A stretch of 64,000 bases of DNA from Candidatus Bathyarchaeota archaeon. GTDB taxonomy: Archaea > Thermoproteota > Bathyarchaeia > Bathyarchaeales > Bathycorpusculaceae. Where the stretch lies: contig CAVZIW010000003.1 in the NCBI GenBank assembly GCA_963775465.1, forward strand, positions 320,001 through 384,000. The letters run 5' to 3'. Shown piece after piece: positions 30,282-40,530 of this stretch. Each line of letters opens with the position of its first letter. The first letter of the stretch is position 1. A program made the translations under genes and the position numbers. The notes under the pieces were generated by a model. It had not been told where the DNA came from. It did no database searches and saw nothing but the letters and a program-made list of their open reading frames with translations.

Positions 30282-30337
30282 GTCCAAAGTCTGATTCAAG
30301 CAGGAATATTAACCTCTCATTCTTCTTTTTAATTACC

Positions 30338-31018
30338 ATGCGATTAGGTGTTCTATTCTCAGGTGGTAAGGATTCTACACTTGCCCTTCACCTGGCAGAA
30401 GAAAAGGAGGAAGTAGTTTGTCTAATCACTCTTGTTTCAAAGAACCCGGAAAGCTACATGTTTCATACTCCAAACATTACCGTTACAGAGCTTCAAGCTA
30501 GAGCTCTGGGTTTGAGGTTAGTTACAGTTGGTACTGAAGGGAAAAAAGAAGAGGAACTTGCCGACTTGAAGCACGCTATTGTAGATGCAAAAACCAAATT
30601 CAAAATAGACGGCGTAGTTACAGGAGCAGTAGAATCCGTTTACCAAGCTTCCCGGGTTCAACGCATATGCAACAAGCTGGGTTTATGGTGTTTTAACCCC
30701 TTATGGAAGCTTGACCAAAAAATGCTTCTAGAAATGCTTATTGAAAAAAACTTCAATGCCATAATTTCTGGGGTTTTCGCTTATCCACTCGATGAGACAT
30801 GGCTTGGAAAACCAATAAATGAGCAATTCATAAAGAGGATAGTTATTCTTCAGGAACAGTATGGAATTAGTCCTTCGGGAGAAGGCGGAGAAATCGAGAC
30901 GACAGTTTTGGATGCGCCTCTTTTCACGCAGAAAATAGCTGTTACAGATTCGATGATTGATTGGCGGGGAAGCAGTGGCACCTTTCAGATTAAGCGCGCC
31001 AAGTTGGTGCCCAAATGA
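30338..31018 (+). CDS. Diphthine--ammonia ligase family PP-loop ATPase (Dph6/MJ0570-like)
   Basis: PP-loop SGGKDS, SYMFH, YQASRV, PLW and GEGGEIET motifs; ATG at 30338. Confidence 0.88.
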   Translation: MRLGVLFSGGKDSTLALHLAEEKEEVVCLITLVSKNPESYMFHTPNITVTELQARALGLRLVTVGTEGKKEEELADLKHAIVDAKTKFKIDGVVTGAVESVYQASRVQRICNKLGLWCFNPLWKLDQKMLLEMLIEKNFNAIISGVFAYPLDETWLGKPINEQFIKRIVILQEQYGISPSGEGGEIETTVLDAPLFTQKIAVTDSMIDWRGSSGTFQIKRAKLVPK

Positions 31019-31563
31019 TTTTGATTGTTGACCTGAATTGGAAACGAAATTCTTTGTCTTTTTCTGAATTTGTTTCGCCAATAATTTCTGCAGTTGAAGC
31101 CTTCGAGGATTGTGAGGTCAAACACTACTTAGATATCAAGCCTACACACCTAAGCAGTTATAGCAAGACTATTCTTTCTGGGACACCTCTAAAAGATAAT
31201 GCTACCTTAAAGAACGTAGAAAAATTCATCTGGCTGACAAAATTCCACAAGCCCATTTTGGGTATTTGCGCGGGAATGCAAACCATCAACCTTGCCTTCA
31301 ACGAACCGTTAAAACCTTGCTTGCAGGTGGGAATGGCAGAAATCAAAACACTTAGAGAAAACTCCCTATTTCACGGAAATTTTAACGCTTATACTCTTCA
31401 TAATTACTCAGTTGCGTCTTCGCAAACTTTCGAAACGCTTGCAATGTCAGCCAAATGTATCCAAGCAATAAAACACAAACAAAAAAGCATCTATGGCCTT
31501 CTTTTCCATCCTGAAGTTAGAAACCCCGAAATTTTAAAACGCTTTCTGCAAATGGAAAAATAA
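31015..31563 (+). CDS. Class I glutamine amidotransferase
   Basis: ILSG, PILGICAGMQ (nucleophile Cys) and FHPE (His-Glu); ATGA overlap with the upstream gene. Confidence 0.88.
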   Translation: MILIVDLNWKRNSLSFSEFVSPIISAVEAFEDCEVKHYLDIKPTHLSSYSKTILSGTPLKDNATLKNVEKFIWLTKFHKPILGICAGMQTINLAFNEPLKPCLQVGMAEIKTLRENSLFHGNFNAYTLHNYSVASSQTFETLAMSAKCIQAIKHKQKSIYGLLFHPEVRNPEILKRFLQMEK

Positions 31564-31699
31564 CGCTACTTCCATGCAAATAAAAATGCTAACAATGGCA
31601 GGTACTCAGGCTTGGATTTTACTGGATTTATCGATTTGTGGGTTTAGTTAAAAGTTAAATGTAAGTTTTTGTTGTAGTTTATTTAGCGGAGGATACATT

Positions 31700-34111
31700 T
31701 TGATTAATAGGTTACCAGTCGAGAAGTTGAGGAATGTCTGTGACCCCAGTTTTATGCATTGTGAATCAACAAAAGACCTGATTCCGATTAGCGAAATAAT
31801 CGGTCAAGAACGAGCAGTTCGGGCCCTGAAATTCGGACTCGGTATCAAGGACCACGGTTTTAACGTTTATGTTGCAGGTTACCCTGGAACAGGCAGAAAA
31901 ACCGCCGTGAAAAGCTTTGTGGAAGCTCAAGCTAATACACAACCAGTTCCGCCAGATTGGTGTTACGTTAACAATTTTAATAACCAGTATGAACCAAAAG
32001 CCCTCAAGTTGCCGCCGGGAAAGGGCAAAGTTTTCGAAGAGGATATGAAAAATTTTATAGAGAACGTGCGTAATGCGCTTCCGAAAGCTTTTGAGAGTGA
32101 TGATTATGCCGCAAAAAGAGAAGCAACAATTCGAGGATTAGAAAACCAACGTAAACAACTAATTGAAGAATTAAACACGAAAGCGCGAAGTGAAGGTTTT
32201 GTAATTCAAACAACACCCATAGGGTTGGTGCTTATTCCGATTTTAGACGGCAAACCCCTCAGTGAAGAAGAGATTTTGGCTTTGCCTCAGAATTCCAAGG
32301 ATAAATTAGTTGAGAAACGGGAAAAGTTGGAAGTGGAATTCAGAAGCGCAATGCGACAACTAATCGACATGGAACGAAAAATCCATGACTCGCTCAAACA
32401 ACTCAACAAAGAAGTCGCACTATATGTTATTGGGAGCCAAGTAGAGAGCTTAATCGAAAAGTACAGAGCAACCTCTGAAGTCACTAGTTACCTTGAAGAG
32501 GTTGAAAATGACATCTTGGATAACTTGCCACAGTTTGTCCAGCGAGGAGGATCAGAACAAAAACTATCTTTTTCAATGCCGTGGATGAGAGAAGATCCGT
32601 ACAAGAAATATCGAGTAAACGTAGTCATCGACAACTCTGCCACTAAAGGCGCACCAGTAGTCATGGAAACCAATCCCACTTACCATAACCTTTTAGGCAG
32701 AACAGAAAAAGAAGCCCAATTTGGGGCACTAACTACAGATTTTAGCATGATACGCCCAGGCGCAATCCACCGAGCCAATGGTGGATATCTAATAATACCC
32801 GTAGAAGAATTGCTGCGCAACATGTTATCATACGATGGTTTGAAACGAGATCTGAAAGACTCAAAGATACTAATTGAGGAACCAGAAGAACGCTATGGAT
32901 TTCTGAGTATTAAAACCCTCAAACCCCAACCTATCTCATTAACTACCAAAGTAATTCTCATCGGTTCCCCCGAATTGTACCAGCTGCTTTTCACAATGGA
33001 TGCGGATTTTCAAGTGCTCTTTAAAATAAAAGCAGAATTTGACTCAACTATGCCAAGAACAGAAGAAAAAGTACGACAATATGCCGCTTTTGTTTGTTCA
33101 CTATGTGAAAAAGAGAGTCTAAAACACCTTGATGGTACAGCACTGGCAAAAGTAGTTGAGTATAGTTCAAGAATAATCGAAGACCAATACAAACTGTCAA
33201 CACAATTCAATAACATAGCCGACATAATCAGAGAGTCCAATTACTACACCACGCAAGAGGAAGCCGAATTTATAACAGGAAACCATGTAAGAAAAGCTAT
33301 CGAAGAAAAATTGTACCGCTCCAGACTCGTACAAGAAAAAATCCAAGAAATGATAACCCGTGGATTATTCCTTATAGACACTGTCGAAGAAAAGGTTGGG
33401 CAAGTAAATGGCCTCTCTGTAATGGGGTTAGGTGATTTTGCTTTCGGAACCCCTTCACGTGTTACCGCGAGCATTGGCTTAGGCAGAGAAGGCGTAATTG
33501 ACATAGAACGGGAAGCAAAAATGGGAGGACCAATCCACACTAAAGGAGTACTAATCTTGAGCGGGTACCTCAACGATAAATATGCCCGTGATAACCCTTT
33601 GAGTCTGTCTGCTAGACTAGTTTTTGAGCAGAATTACGGAGGTGTAGAAGGCGATAGTGCATCCAGCACCGAACTCTATAGTATTCTTTCTTCACTTTCG
33701 GGATTACCGATTAAGCAGTACTTTGCAGTTACGGGTTCGGTGAATCAAAAAGGAGAAGTGCAAGCTATTGGTGGCGTTAACGAAAAAATCGAAGGTTTCT
33801 TTGAAGTATGCAAAGCCAGAGGTCTAACTGGGCAGCAAGCTGTTATGATTCCTGAAAGCAATGTCCAGAACTTGATGCTTAAAGAAGAAATTCTAGATGC
33901 AGTTAAAGCAGGCAAATTTAGTATTTACTCAGTTAAAACAATCGACGAAGGCATCGAAGTCCTTACAAATACCAAAGCTGGAACGCGCAAACCAGACGGA
34001 ACCTATGAAGAAGGGACAGTCAACTACCTAGTGGACAAGCAACTGCGCGGAATGGCAGAGAAACTAAAAGAGTACCCTGTTAATAGAACAGCAAGGAAAA
34101 AAACAGAATAA
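31700..34111 (+). CDS. Lon-like protease (LonC/AAA_32 type, soluble)
   Basis: IIGQERA, degenerate Walker A GYPGTGRKT, HRANGG, and Ser-Lys dyad VEGDSAS...GGVNEK. Confidence 0.88.
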   Translation: MINRLPVEKLRNVCDPSFMHCESTKDLIPISEIIGQERAVRALKFGLGIKDHGFNVYVAGYPGTGRKTAVKSFVEAQANTQPVPPDWCYVNNFNNQYEPKALKLPPGKGKVFEEDMKNFIENVRNALPKAFESDDYAAKREATIRGLENQRKQLIEELNTKARSEGFVIQTTPIGLVLIPILDGKPLSEEEILALPQNSKDKLVEKREKLEVEFRSAMRQLIDMERKIHDSLKQLNKEVALYVIGSQVESLIEKYRATSEVTSYLEEVENDILDNLPQFVQRGGSEQKLSFSMPWMREDPYKKYRVNVVIDNSATKGAPVVMETNPTYHNLLGRTEKEAQFGALTTDFSMIRPGAIHRANGGYLIIPVEELLRNMLSYDGLKRDLKDSKILIEEPEERYGFLSIKTLKPQPISLTTKVILIGSPELYQLLFTMDADFQVLFKIKAEFDSTMPRTEEKVRQYAAFVCSLCEKESLKHLDGTALAKVVEYSSRIIEDQYKLSTQFNNIADIIRESNYYTTQEEAEFITGNHVRKAIEEKLYRSRLVQEKIQEMITRGLFLIDTVEEKVGQVNGLSVMGLGDFAFGTPSRVTASIGLGREGVIDIEREAKMGGPIHTKGVLILSGYLNDKYARDNPLSLSARLVFEQNYGGVEGDSASSTELYSILSSLSGLPIKQYFAVTGSVNQKGEVQAIGGVNEKIEGFFEVCKARGLTGQQAVMIPESNVQNLMLKEEILDAVKAGKFSIYSVKTIDEGIEVLTNTKAGTRKPDGTYEEGTVNYLVDKQLRGMAEKLKEYPVNRTARKKTE

Positions 34112-34436
34112 TTACACCTTTTTTATTTTTATAAGAGCACAAATTCAGATTTGTTGTTGCCTCTATACAACCACAATTTCATTAATACTCGTTTGAGGCT
34201 TGTAGTTTGTGAGAAATATCATCTAAGAGAAACCCCCAAGCTTGGCGGGTCAAAGTTAAACAAGTCGCGGATCTGTAAAATCCCTGAGAAGAATTAGGGT
34301 GCTATTTTTGATTCGTGCTTTGATTTAACGAGTTGATCTGCCAAGCCTGCTTTTAGTTCAGTTTCGATTGTGTTTAGTTGGATTCTTATATAGAATTTAT
34401 TAAGGTTAACTGCAATGCTACCATTCGTGAGTCACC

Positions 34437-34796
34437 TTGAGCTATAAACAACATATGCACCCTAAAGTGAGTAAAGCAGAAATTGAAGTTTTCAAAGCGC
34501 TAAGCATGGCTGGACTAACCACTGGTATGATTACTCAAAAACCAATAATTTTAAAATCAACTATACCTGACTTCTGCTGGACAGAAAAACGTAAGATAAT
34601 CTACATAGACGGCATACCCGTCCACTCTAAAGATAAACAGTTGGAAAAAGATGAAGAAATCGACAACCTCTTGACGGCACAAGGTTGGGATGTGCTTAGA
34701 ATTCCGTATGATCCACCTTTAACTGAGAAAACTTTGCAGAAAATTATGTTAACGATAAAACGTTTTCTCAATGTAGATGAGGAAGACATAACCTGA
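34437..34796 (+). CDS. DUF559/Vsr-like endonuclease domain protein
   Basis: PDF...YIDG..H...D..ID..L...GWDVLRI pattern. Confidence 0.75.
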   Translation: MSYKQHMHPKVSKAEIEVFKALSMAGLTTGMITQKPIILKSTIPDFCWTEKRKIIYIDGIPVHSKDKQLEKDEEIDNLLTAQGWDVLRIPYDPPLTEKTLQKIMLTIKRFLNVDEEDIT

Positions 34797-35087
34797 CGTC
34801 TAACCATTTATTTTGCTCAGCAACTTTCATTATTCACCACTATATTGAATCAATGTGATTTTTGGCAGTAAAAAACGCAAGTTTCATTTAAACAAACTGA
34901 TTCTGTATGCAGATGGACTAAACCTCATTTGAAAAGTGGTTTACATAGTTTTTGAGTCATCGGTCTTGGCAAAGGCGGAGTTGAGCAACAGGTGTAATAT
35001 TCATAAAATATTAAAAAAAAATTAGAAAAGGAGTGGAGGATTTTTTCTTGCTTGATATTTCTTTTTAGCAGTGTTTTTATTTGTCGA

Positions 35088-36209
35088 TTAGGCTCTGGAG
35101 AATTTCACCCAAGAATCAATTTCTTCAACTGTTGGTCTATCGTCTATTGTGACTTTTTCTTTTGCAAGATTTACCTTAAAGACTGCATTTATTTTTTGGG
35201 CAAGATCTATCGAATCTTGTTGGGCGAGGCTTTTTCGATCTGTGATGTTGAGTTCTTCCAAAAGCAAAAGATCCTTCTCTTTCAGGCCTGGAATCATTGA
35301 GAGTTGTGCTCGTCCCTGCAACTTTTCAACAGTTTTATCAGAAGAACCCATTTTTTCCGCGATGACTTGGGGATCTGCCATGATTAGATCTCCCGCGCTT
35401 TCTATTCCAATCTCCCTGAGTTCAGTGGCTTTGTTGGGCCCTATCCCTTTTACATCTTCTACATTACTTTGGCTTGTGAGCATCGACTGAGGGCAAATCA
35501 ACGAACTTTCCAATTTTTCCAGTTTTAGCTTGATCTCTTCGATTTCTTTGTTTTGCTTAGTTATGGAATTTCCTGTTTTTTCTTCCCTTGACTCAAGTTT
35601 AGCTAAAGAATTCTTGAATTCAGTTAATTGCGGTCGTACATTGTCAGTCAAATTAGCACCTATGCTTTGAATTAATGTGGCTTGTTCACCAAGTGTCTTT
35701 TTTAAGGCGTCTACGTGTTTATCGACAAGCAATACTCGTCCTTGCACGCCGTCTAACATCTTCTGTTGGCTCTGGTCACTAGCTTCCACGCTCTGCTTAA
35801 TTGCATCTCCCTGGTTATTGAGTTCTTTTGAAAGTTTACTTGATGTGCGGTCAATGTTTTCATCAACCATTGAAACTTTGTTTTGAACGTCTTCTAACGT
35901 GTTTCGTTGGGTCTCTTGACTGTCCTGTAACTGATCTGTTTTTGCATTAAGTGCCAGAATTTCATCTGCAACAGATAAATCACTAACTAGTTTATGCGAA
36001 GTAGCTCCCAGAAAAGCCAGCGTTGCGATAATGGAAATTATCATGTAAACATAAATTGGAATTGCTCCAGTTAAGTCTCCAACTAAATAAGGCGTAAAAG
36101 TTGCTGTCGGTCCCGAATTGAACCACATTATTGTTGCATTAATTACGTTTGCTGCTGCTAAGAAAGAAAAAAAGCCCAGCACCCATATTGCTATACCTTT
36201 CAATGTCAT
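35088..36209 (-). CDS. Membrane protein with coiled coil and C-terminal HhH/DUF4332 domain
   Basis: Two N-terminal TM helices, a long coiled coil, then VKGIGP...LREIGI and PTVEEIDSWV. Confidence 0.75.
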   Translation of the reverse strand: MTLKGIAIWVLGFFSFLAAANVINATIMWFNSGPTATFTPYLVGDLTGAIPIYVYMIISIIATLAFLGATSHKLVSDLSVADEILALNAKTDQLQDSQETQRNTLEDVQNKVSMVDENIDRTSSKLSKELNNQGDAIKQSVEASDQSQQKMLDGVQGRVLLVDKHVDALKKTLGEQATLIQSIGANLTDNVRPQLTEFKNSLAKLESREEKTGNSITKQNKEIEEIKLKLEKLESSLICPQSMLTSQSNVEDVKGIGPNKATELREIGIESAGDLIMADPQVIAEKMGSSDKTVEKLQGRAQLSMIPGLKEKDLLLLEELNITDRKSLAQQDSIDLAQKINAVFKVNLAKEKVTIDDRPTVEEIDSWVKFSRA

Positions 36210-36375
36210 AATCACCTGAATGTTGCTTCTATCTCCTATAGGATGAGTTCGTATTATAAGATTTTCCCATTTTGTTCGTTAAAATTTTCGAGGCAGGCGT
36301 CTTTTTTTAGCACAAAAATTGCTAGACTCTATTATTTTTTATTTCTTCTGTAAGAGCGATGGTATTTGATGATCA

Positions 36376-36846
36376 TTATGGTGATTTCAATCCCATCTTT
36401 TCAGTTACTTCAAGTTTTATTATGAGAATTTCTTGTTTTTCTGAAAATTTTTCCCATTCTGATCCCTTTGAAAAGCCATGAGCAACAAGAAAGTTTGAGG
36501 AAAGTTTGCTTTTGCCTACCTCTGCCATTTTCTGTATAGCTGTTTTTCTTTCCTCCGGGTTTTTTACTGGTTTAAGCTTTCCAGTCAGGACCACAAAAGC
36601 GTATTCGCTAAGATCCTGGGTGTATCTTTCGATTTCCACTGAAACAGGAGTACCTTGCTCAAGAAAATTCATTTTCTTGCCGTATTGGGTGAAATGCAAG
36701 TAGATTGTCCCTTCAATAACTGCGTATTGGAAGGGTGCGATGTAGGGGTATTTATTTCCTTTAAAAGCTACTCTGCACAAAAATTGTTGACTTATTAGTT
36801 CTTCTATTTCTTGTTCTTGCATTTTGGGCATCTTGACTGTTTCCAT
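36376..36846 (-). CDS. Pyridoxamine 5'-phosphate oxidase-like flavin-binding protein
   Basis: CRVAF...PYIAP..Y...IYLH...GKK...VSVEI split-barrel pattern. Confidence 0.8.
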   Translation of the reverse strand: METVKMPKMQEQEIEELISQQFLCRVAFKGNKYPYIAPFQYAVIEGTIYLHFTQYGKKMNFLEQGTPVSVEIERYTQDLSEYAFVVLTGKLKPVKNPEERKTAIQKMAEVGKSKLSSNFLVAHGFSKGSEWEKFSEKQEILIIKLEVTEKMGLKSP

Positions 36847-36919
36847 AATGGATCCCTCAATCTGTTGATTGTACTTATTCTATCTGTTTTTATTTGTTTT
36901 TTGCCTATTTACGTTTCTG

Positions 36920-37903
36920 CTATTTCCAGTATTCTTTTGCCATAAATTCGGCACTAAAGCTGTCAAGATCGCCTAATTCTTCTGGGTATGGCTCGAGAAA
37001 TGTTTGGTTAGCAAGATAATCGTTTTTGAATCTTATTATCCACGACTTGAGGATATTTATGTTTGCACTTAGTGGTAGTCTTCCTTCTTTGTATTTTTCT
37101 AAAGATTTGATGAAGAAGGATTTTTCTTCTTTTGAGAGTTGATTTGAGAAATAGCCCATAATCTTTAACATGACGTTTATGTTTGATCCAGCGGTTGGAA
37201 TTCGTGCAAAAGCTCTGCAAAGGCTTCTTTCAAAGGAATTGAAGATCTCATTAGTTGGTTTTTGTTCTTGGTTAGCAGCTATTTTTCCCATTATCCTGAG
37301 TTCTATTTGACTATGAGCTGTAAACAAATACTTGTTTTGAGATTGAAATTGGACGAGTTCTCTTATTTTTCCTGATTTTTTTATTTCTCTAAAACTTGTA
37401 AAAGTGAATAGTTTTGTTAGGAAATGTTCCTTTATTCTTGGATTAAGAAGTCGACGTTCGTCTTCAATTGCTAAACAAGGAAACTTTTCAAGCACTGCTT
37501 TTCCAAAGAATCCGGGTCCTTTTCCTATTGAAGCTGAGTTCTCAAGTTTAGGATAAATCTTGACGTTTTTAAATCCACTACTGGGAGAACCGCTTTTTAG
37601 TATAAAGCCATCTACTTCTTTTAATGAGATTAAGAATGATTGTGCAAATCCATTCATTTTTTCAGTGAAGTCAAGACCTGTTGATGGTTGCATAAGCCTG
37701 TTTTCGCCATTTACTAGCACAATGCGTATTGGCTTGCGGGGTACGCTAAATCCTATTTCCACCTCAGGACATATTGGAATAAAATTTACGTGGGGTTTTA
37801 GTTTTTCTACAAAATCGCTTGAAATTATTGTGCCATCCCATCTAACTGGTGAAAAGGTAATGCATTTGGAGACTACTACTGTGGGTTTGGAAAATTTCCT
37901 CAA
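36920..37903 (-). CDS. DUF523 (TudS-like) plus DUF1722 (YbgA) protein
   Basis: SKC...VRWDG, CPEVEIG..VPR, GFILKSGSPS and C-terminal YLANQTFLEPYP. Confidence 0.85.
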   Translation of the reverse strand: MRKFSKPTVVVSKCITFSPVRWDGTIISSDFVEKLKPHVNFIPICPEVEIGFSVPRKPIRIVLVNGENRLMQPSTGLDFTEKMNGFAQSFLISLKEVDGFILKSGSPSSGFKNVKIYPKLENSASIGKGPGFFGKAVLEKFPCLAIEDERRLLNPRIKEHFLTKLFTFTSFREIKKSGKIRELVQFQSQNKYLFTAHSQIELRIMGKIAANQEQKPTNEIFNSFERSLCRAFARIPTAGSNINVMLKIMGYFSNQLSKEEKSFFIKSLEKYKEGRLPLSANINILKSWIIRFKNDYLANQTFLEPYPEELGDLDSFSAEFMAKEYWK

Positions 37904-38040
37904 TGAAGAACCTCCTTTTCTGTAGCCTTAATACTAGTTAATTAATACATTTCATAAGTTTTTGCATTACAGAAAGACTATCAAAATTGCCTAATAGCGG
38001 ATATTAATCGAAATAGTTTTACGAATAAATTTTAATAAAT

Positions 38041-38154
38041 TGGCGCCGGGAGGGGGATTTGAACCCCCGCGGCCCCGAGAGGCCACAAGCTAACAGGTAC
38101 ACCCTGAAGAGTGAATCTCCAGGCTTGCTCCCTGCCTGGCTAGGAGACCCCGGC
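38041..38154 (-). tRNA. tRNA-Ser(GGA) with 25-nt intron (38092-38116)
   Basis: GCCGGGG/TCCCGGC acceptor with encoded CCA, CAAGC/GCTTG anticodon stem, long variable arm and TTCAAAT T-loop; intron at 37/38 with a relaxed BHB. Confidence 0.92.
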
Positions 38155-38453
38155 AATTTAAAACCACCACTTAAAGGATGATTTGCACCTTTTCTCTGAG
38201 TTAGGCACAATTTAAAGCTTTATCGAAAAGCATGATTTTCGCGTTTGCTTTAGAGAATTTGGTTATTTTTGTTTGAATTGGTTAAGTTTCCATCAATCTT
38301 AACATTAAAGAAAACGCCAGAACGCCATAAATTGAAGGGGCTCCGACAAAAAGACAGAATGTAAAGGCTCTCCATGGTTTAAATCAAGGATTTAGGGTTC
38401 CGAAACCTAAAATAAGTGCGTGACAAAAGTATAGCCATTTGAGGTTTAACCTA

Positions 38454-39710
38454 TTGTCATCAATCATCGAGGACCTCATTGCCCGAAAGATTTTCAATAA
38501 CCGTGGAGAAGAAACAATAGAGGTCGACGTTATAACTACTGCTGGTTTTGGACGCTCGGGGGCACCAGCAGGCAAAAGTCGAGGAAAAGCTGAAGTGGTC
38601 TATTACCCTCAAGGCGGCGTAGATGCAGCCGTAAAGAAAATCGACGACTTAATTGCCCCCGAACTCGCTGGACTAAACGCTGATTTTCAGGAAGAAATCG
38701 ATAACACTCTTCACGAAATTGATGGTACAGCAAACTTCAAAAACATCGGTGGCAACACTGCATTTGCAATTAGTTTAGCTAACGCAGAGGCTGCAGCCAA
38801 TTCGCATGGCTTATTATTATTCCAATTTTTGGGTGGAAACGCCGCAAACACTCTGCCTTTTCCACTTGGCAACTGTATAAGTGGAGGCGCGCATGCACGA
38901 GGCGGCAAGACTCCAAGTATCCAAGAATATTTGGCGCTGCCTCATGGTGCTGAGAGTTTTTTGGAAGCCCAAACTGCTAACACTCAGATTCATAAAAGAA
39001 TTGAGTCAGCCCTGAAAAAGAAGAGTACTACTTTTACAGGCGGTAAAAGTGATGAGGGTGCATGGATTGCTAACATTGACACCGATGATGCTTTCGATGT
39101 TATTGCCAAAGCCTGTGAAGAAGTCGGTAATCAGATGGATTTTGAATGTGGGTTTGGCATTGATGTTGCGGCCTCATCGTTTTGGAAGCCTAAAGAAGAA
39201 AAATACGTCTATGAAATGGAAGGTAAAAAACGTGACACTGCCGAACAGCTCGAGTACATGTTGGAGCTTATCGAAAAGTATCATTTGACATATGTTGAGG
39301 ATCCGTTTGCGGAAGATGATTTTGAAAGTTTTGCTGAATTAACAAAGAAAGCAAGGAATTGCATGATTTGCGGAGACGATTTATTCACAACCAATACTGA
39401 AAGGTTAAATAATGGATTAAAGATTAACGCTGGAAACGCTATCATCATAAAAGTCAACCAGATAGGCACCTTAACTGATGCGGTTGAAACAATTGAGTTA
39501 GCGCAAAGACACGGTTACGATGCTGTAGTTTCCCACCGCTCAGGTGACACATGTGATTGGCACATTGCCCATTTGGCTGTAGCCTACAAATGCCCTGTGA
39601 TCAAAACTGGTGTAGTTGAAGGCGCACGTATAGCCAAACTAAACGAACTAATACGAATTGAGCATTTCCTCGGTAACCGCGCCAGAATGGCTGAATTAAA
39701 AATGCGATAA
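38454..39710 (+). CDS. eno: Enolase
   Basis: NRGEETIEVDV, DEG, DVAAS, EDPF.E.D, GDDL, IKVNQIG, SHRSGDT and KTG motifs; TTG at 38454. Confidence 0.93.
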   Translation: MSSIIEDLIARKIFNNRGEETIEVDVITTAGFGRSGAPAGKSRGKAEVVYYPQGGVDAAVKKIDDLIAPELAGLNADFQEEIDNTLHEIDGTANFKNIGGNTAFAISLANAEAAANSHGLLLFQFLGGNAANTLPFPLGNCISGGAHARGGKTPSIQEYLALPHGAESFLEAQTANTQIHKRIESALKKKSTTFTGGKSDEGAWIANIDTDDAFDVIAKACEEVGNQMDFECGFGIDVAASSFWKPKEEKYVYEMEGKKRDTAEQLEYMLELIEKYHLTYVEDPFAEDDFESFAELTKKARNCMICGDDLFTTNTERLNNGLKINAGNAIIIKVNQIGTLTDAVETIELAQRHGYDAVVSHRSGDTCDWHIAHLAVAYKCPVIKTGVVEGARIAKLNELIRIEHFLGNRARMAELKMR

Positions 39711-39725
39711 GTGAAGATGAACCGT

Positions 39726-40523
39726 ATGTCTGAAGATCAAATAAAAGAAAATCAACCAGTTGAAAACCAACCTGAAGAGCCTGAAGAAGTTATGGAAGAG
39801 GCTCCTCAGGAAGAAGTAGAATCAACTGAAAACGTCGCTACAGACGTTGAAGATGAAGTTGAAGAAATAGAAGAAGAAGTAGTGGAAGTTAGAGAAAGCC
39901 AGCCAGAAGAAACCCTTCTGTTGCCAAGAGACACTTTGTTGTCAGCTGGTATACACATCGGAACTAGGATGAAAACTCTGGACATGGAGCCATTTATCTA
40001 TCGTGTCCGACCTGACGGCTTGTTTGTTTTAGACGTTAAAAAAACAGATGAACGAATTCGAACAACAGCTAAATTCCTTTCACGTTATGAACCAGCCAAG
40101 GTAGCGGTTGCAGCTACGAGGCTTTACGCTCATGAACCTATCAGAATGTTCTGCAAATTAACTGGTGCAACGCCTCTGATTGGTAGATTCATTCCAGGAC
40201 AACTTAGTAACCCCCAATACAGTAGTCGTATTGATCCAGAAGTTATCGTTGTGACAGATCCTCGTGCAGACGCTCAGGCAGTTAAAGAAGCGAGCAAAGT
40301 CGGAATACCAATTGTTGCGTTATGCAGCACTGACAACGAATTTGTTGGAGTTGATTTAGTTATCCCGACAAACAATAAGGGTCGCAGAGCTCTCGCAGTT
40401 GTATTCTGGTTACTCGCACGTCAAATTCTTCGTGAAAGAGGCGAATTAGCGCCTGATCGTGATCCTCCGGCAACAATCGAAGACTTCGAAGCCAAAGTCA
40501 CACGTGAAGAGGACGAGGAATAG
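39726..40523 (+). CDS. rps2: 30S ribosomal protein S2 with acidic N-terminal extension
   Basis: AGIHIGT, GRFIPG, TDPRADAQA and IPTNNKGRRAL motifs; start is one of 39711, 39717 or 39726. Confidence 0.95.
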   Translation: MSEDQIKENQPVENQPEEPEEVMEEAPQEEVESTENVATDVEDEVEEIEEEVVEVRESQPEETLLLPRDTLLSAGIHIGTRMKTLDMEPFIYRVRPDGLFVLDVKKTDERIRTTAKFLSRYEPAKVAVAATRLYAHEPIRMFCKLTGATPLIGRFIPGQLSNPQYSSRIDPEVIVVTDPRADAQAVKEASKVGIPIVALCSTDNEFVGVDLVIPTNNKGRRALAVVFWLLARQILRERGELAPDRDPPATIEDFEAKVTREEDEE

Positions 40524-40530
40524 CTCGAAG

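Noticed and set aside
38019-38210. Track ORF over tRNA-Ser, and ORFs 46601-46888 and 46660-46950 over tRNA-Thr
   Set aside because: Shadow ORFs of tRNA genes with no protein-like upstream portion.
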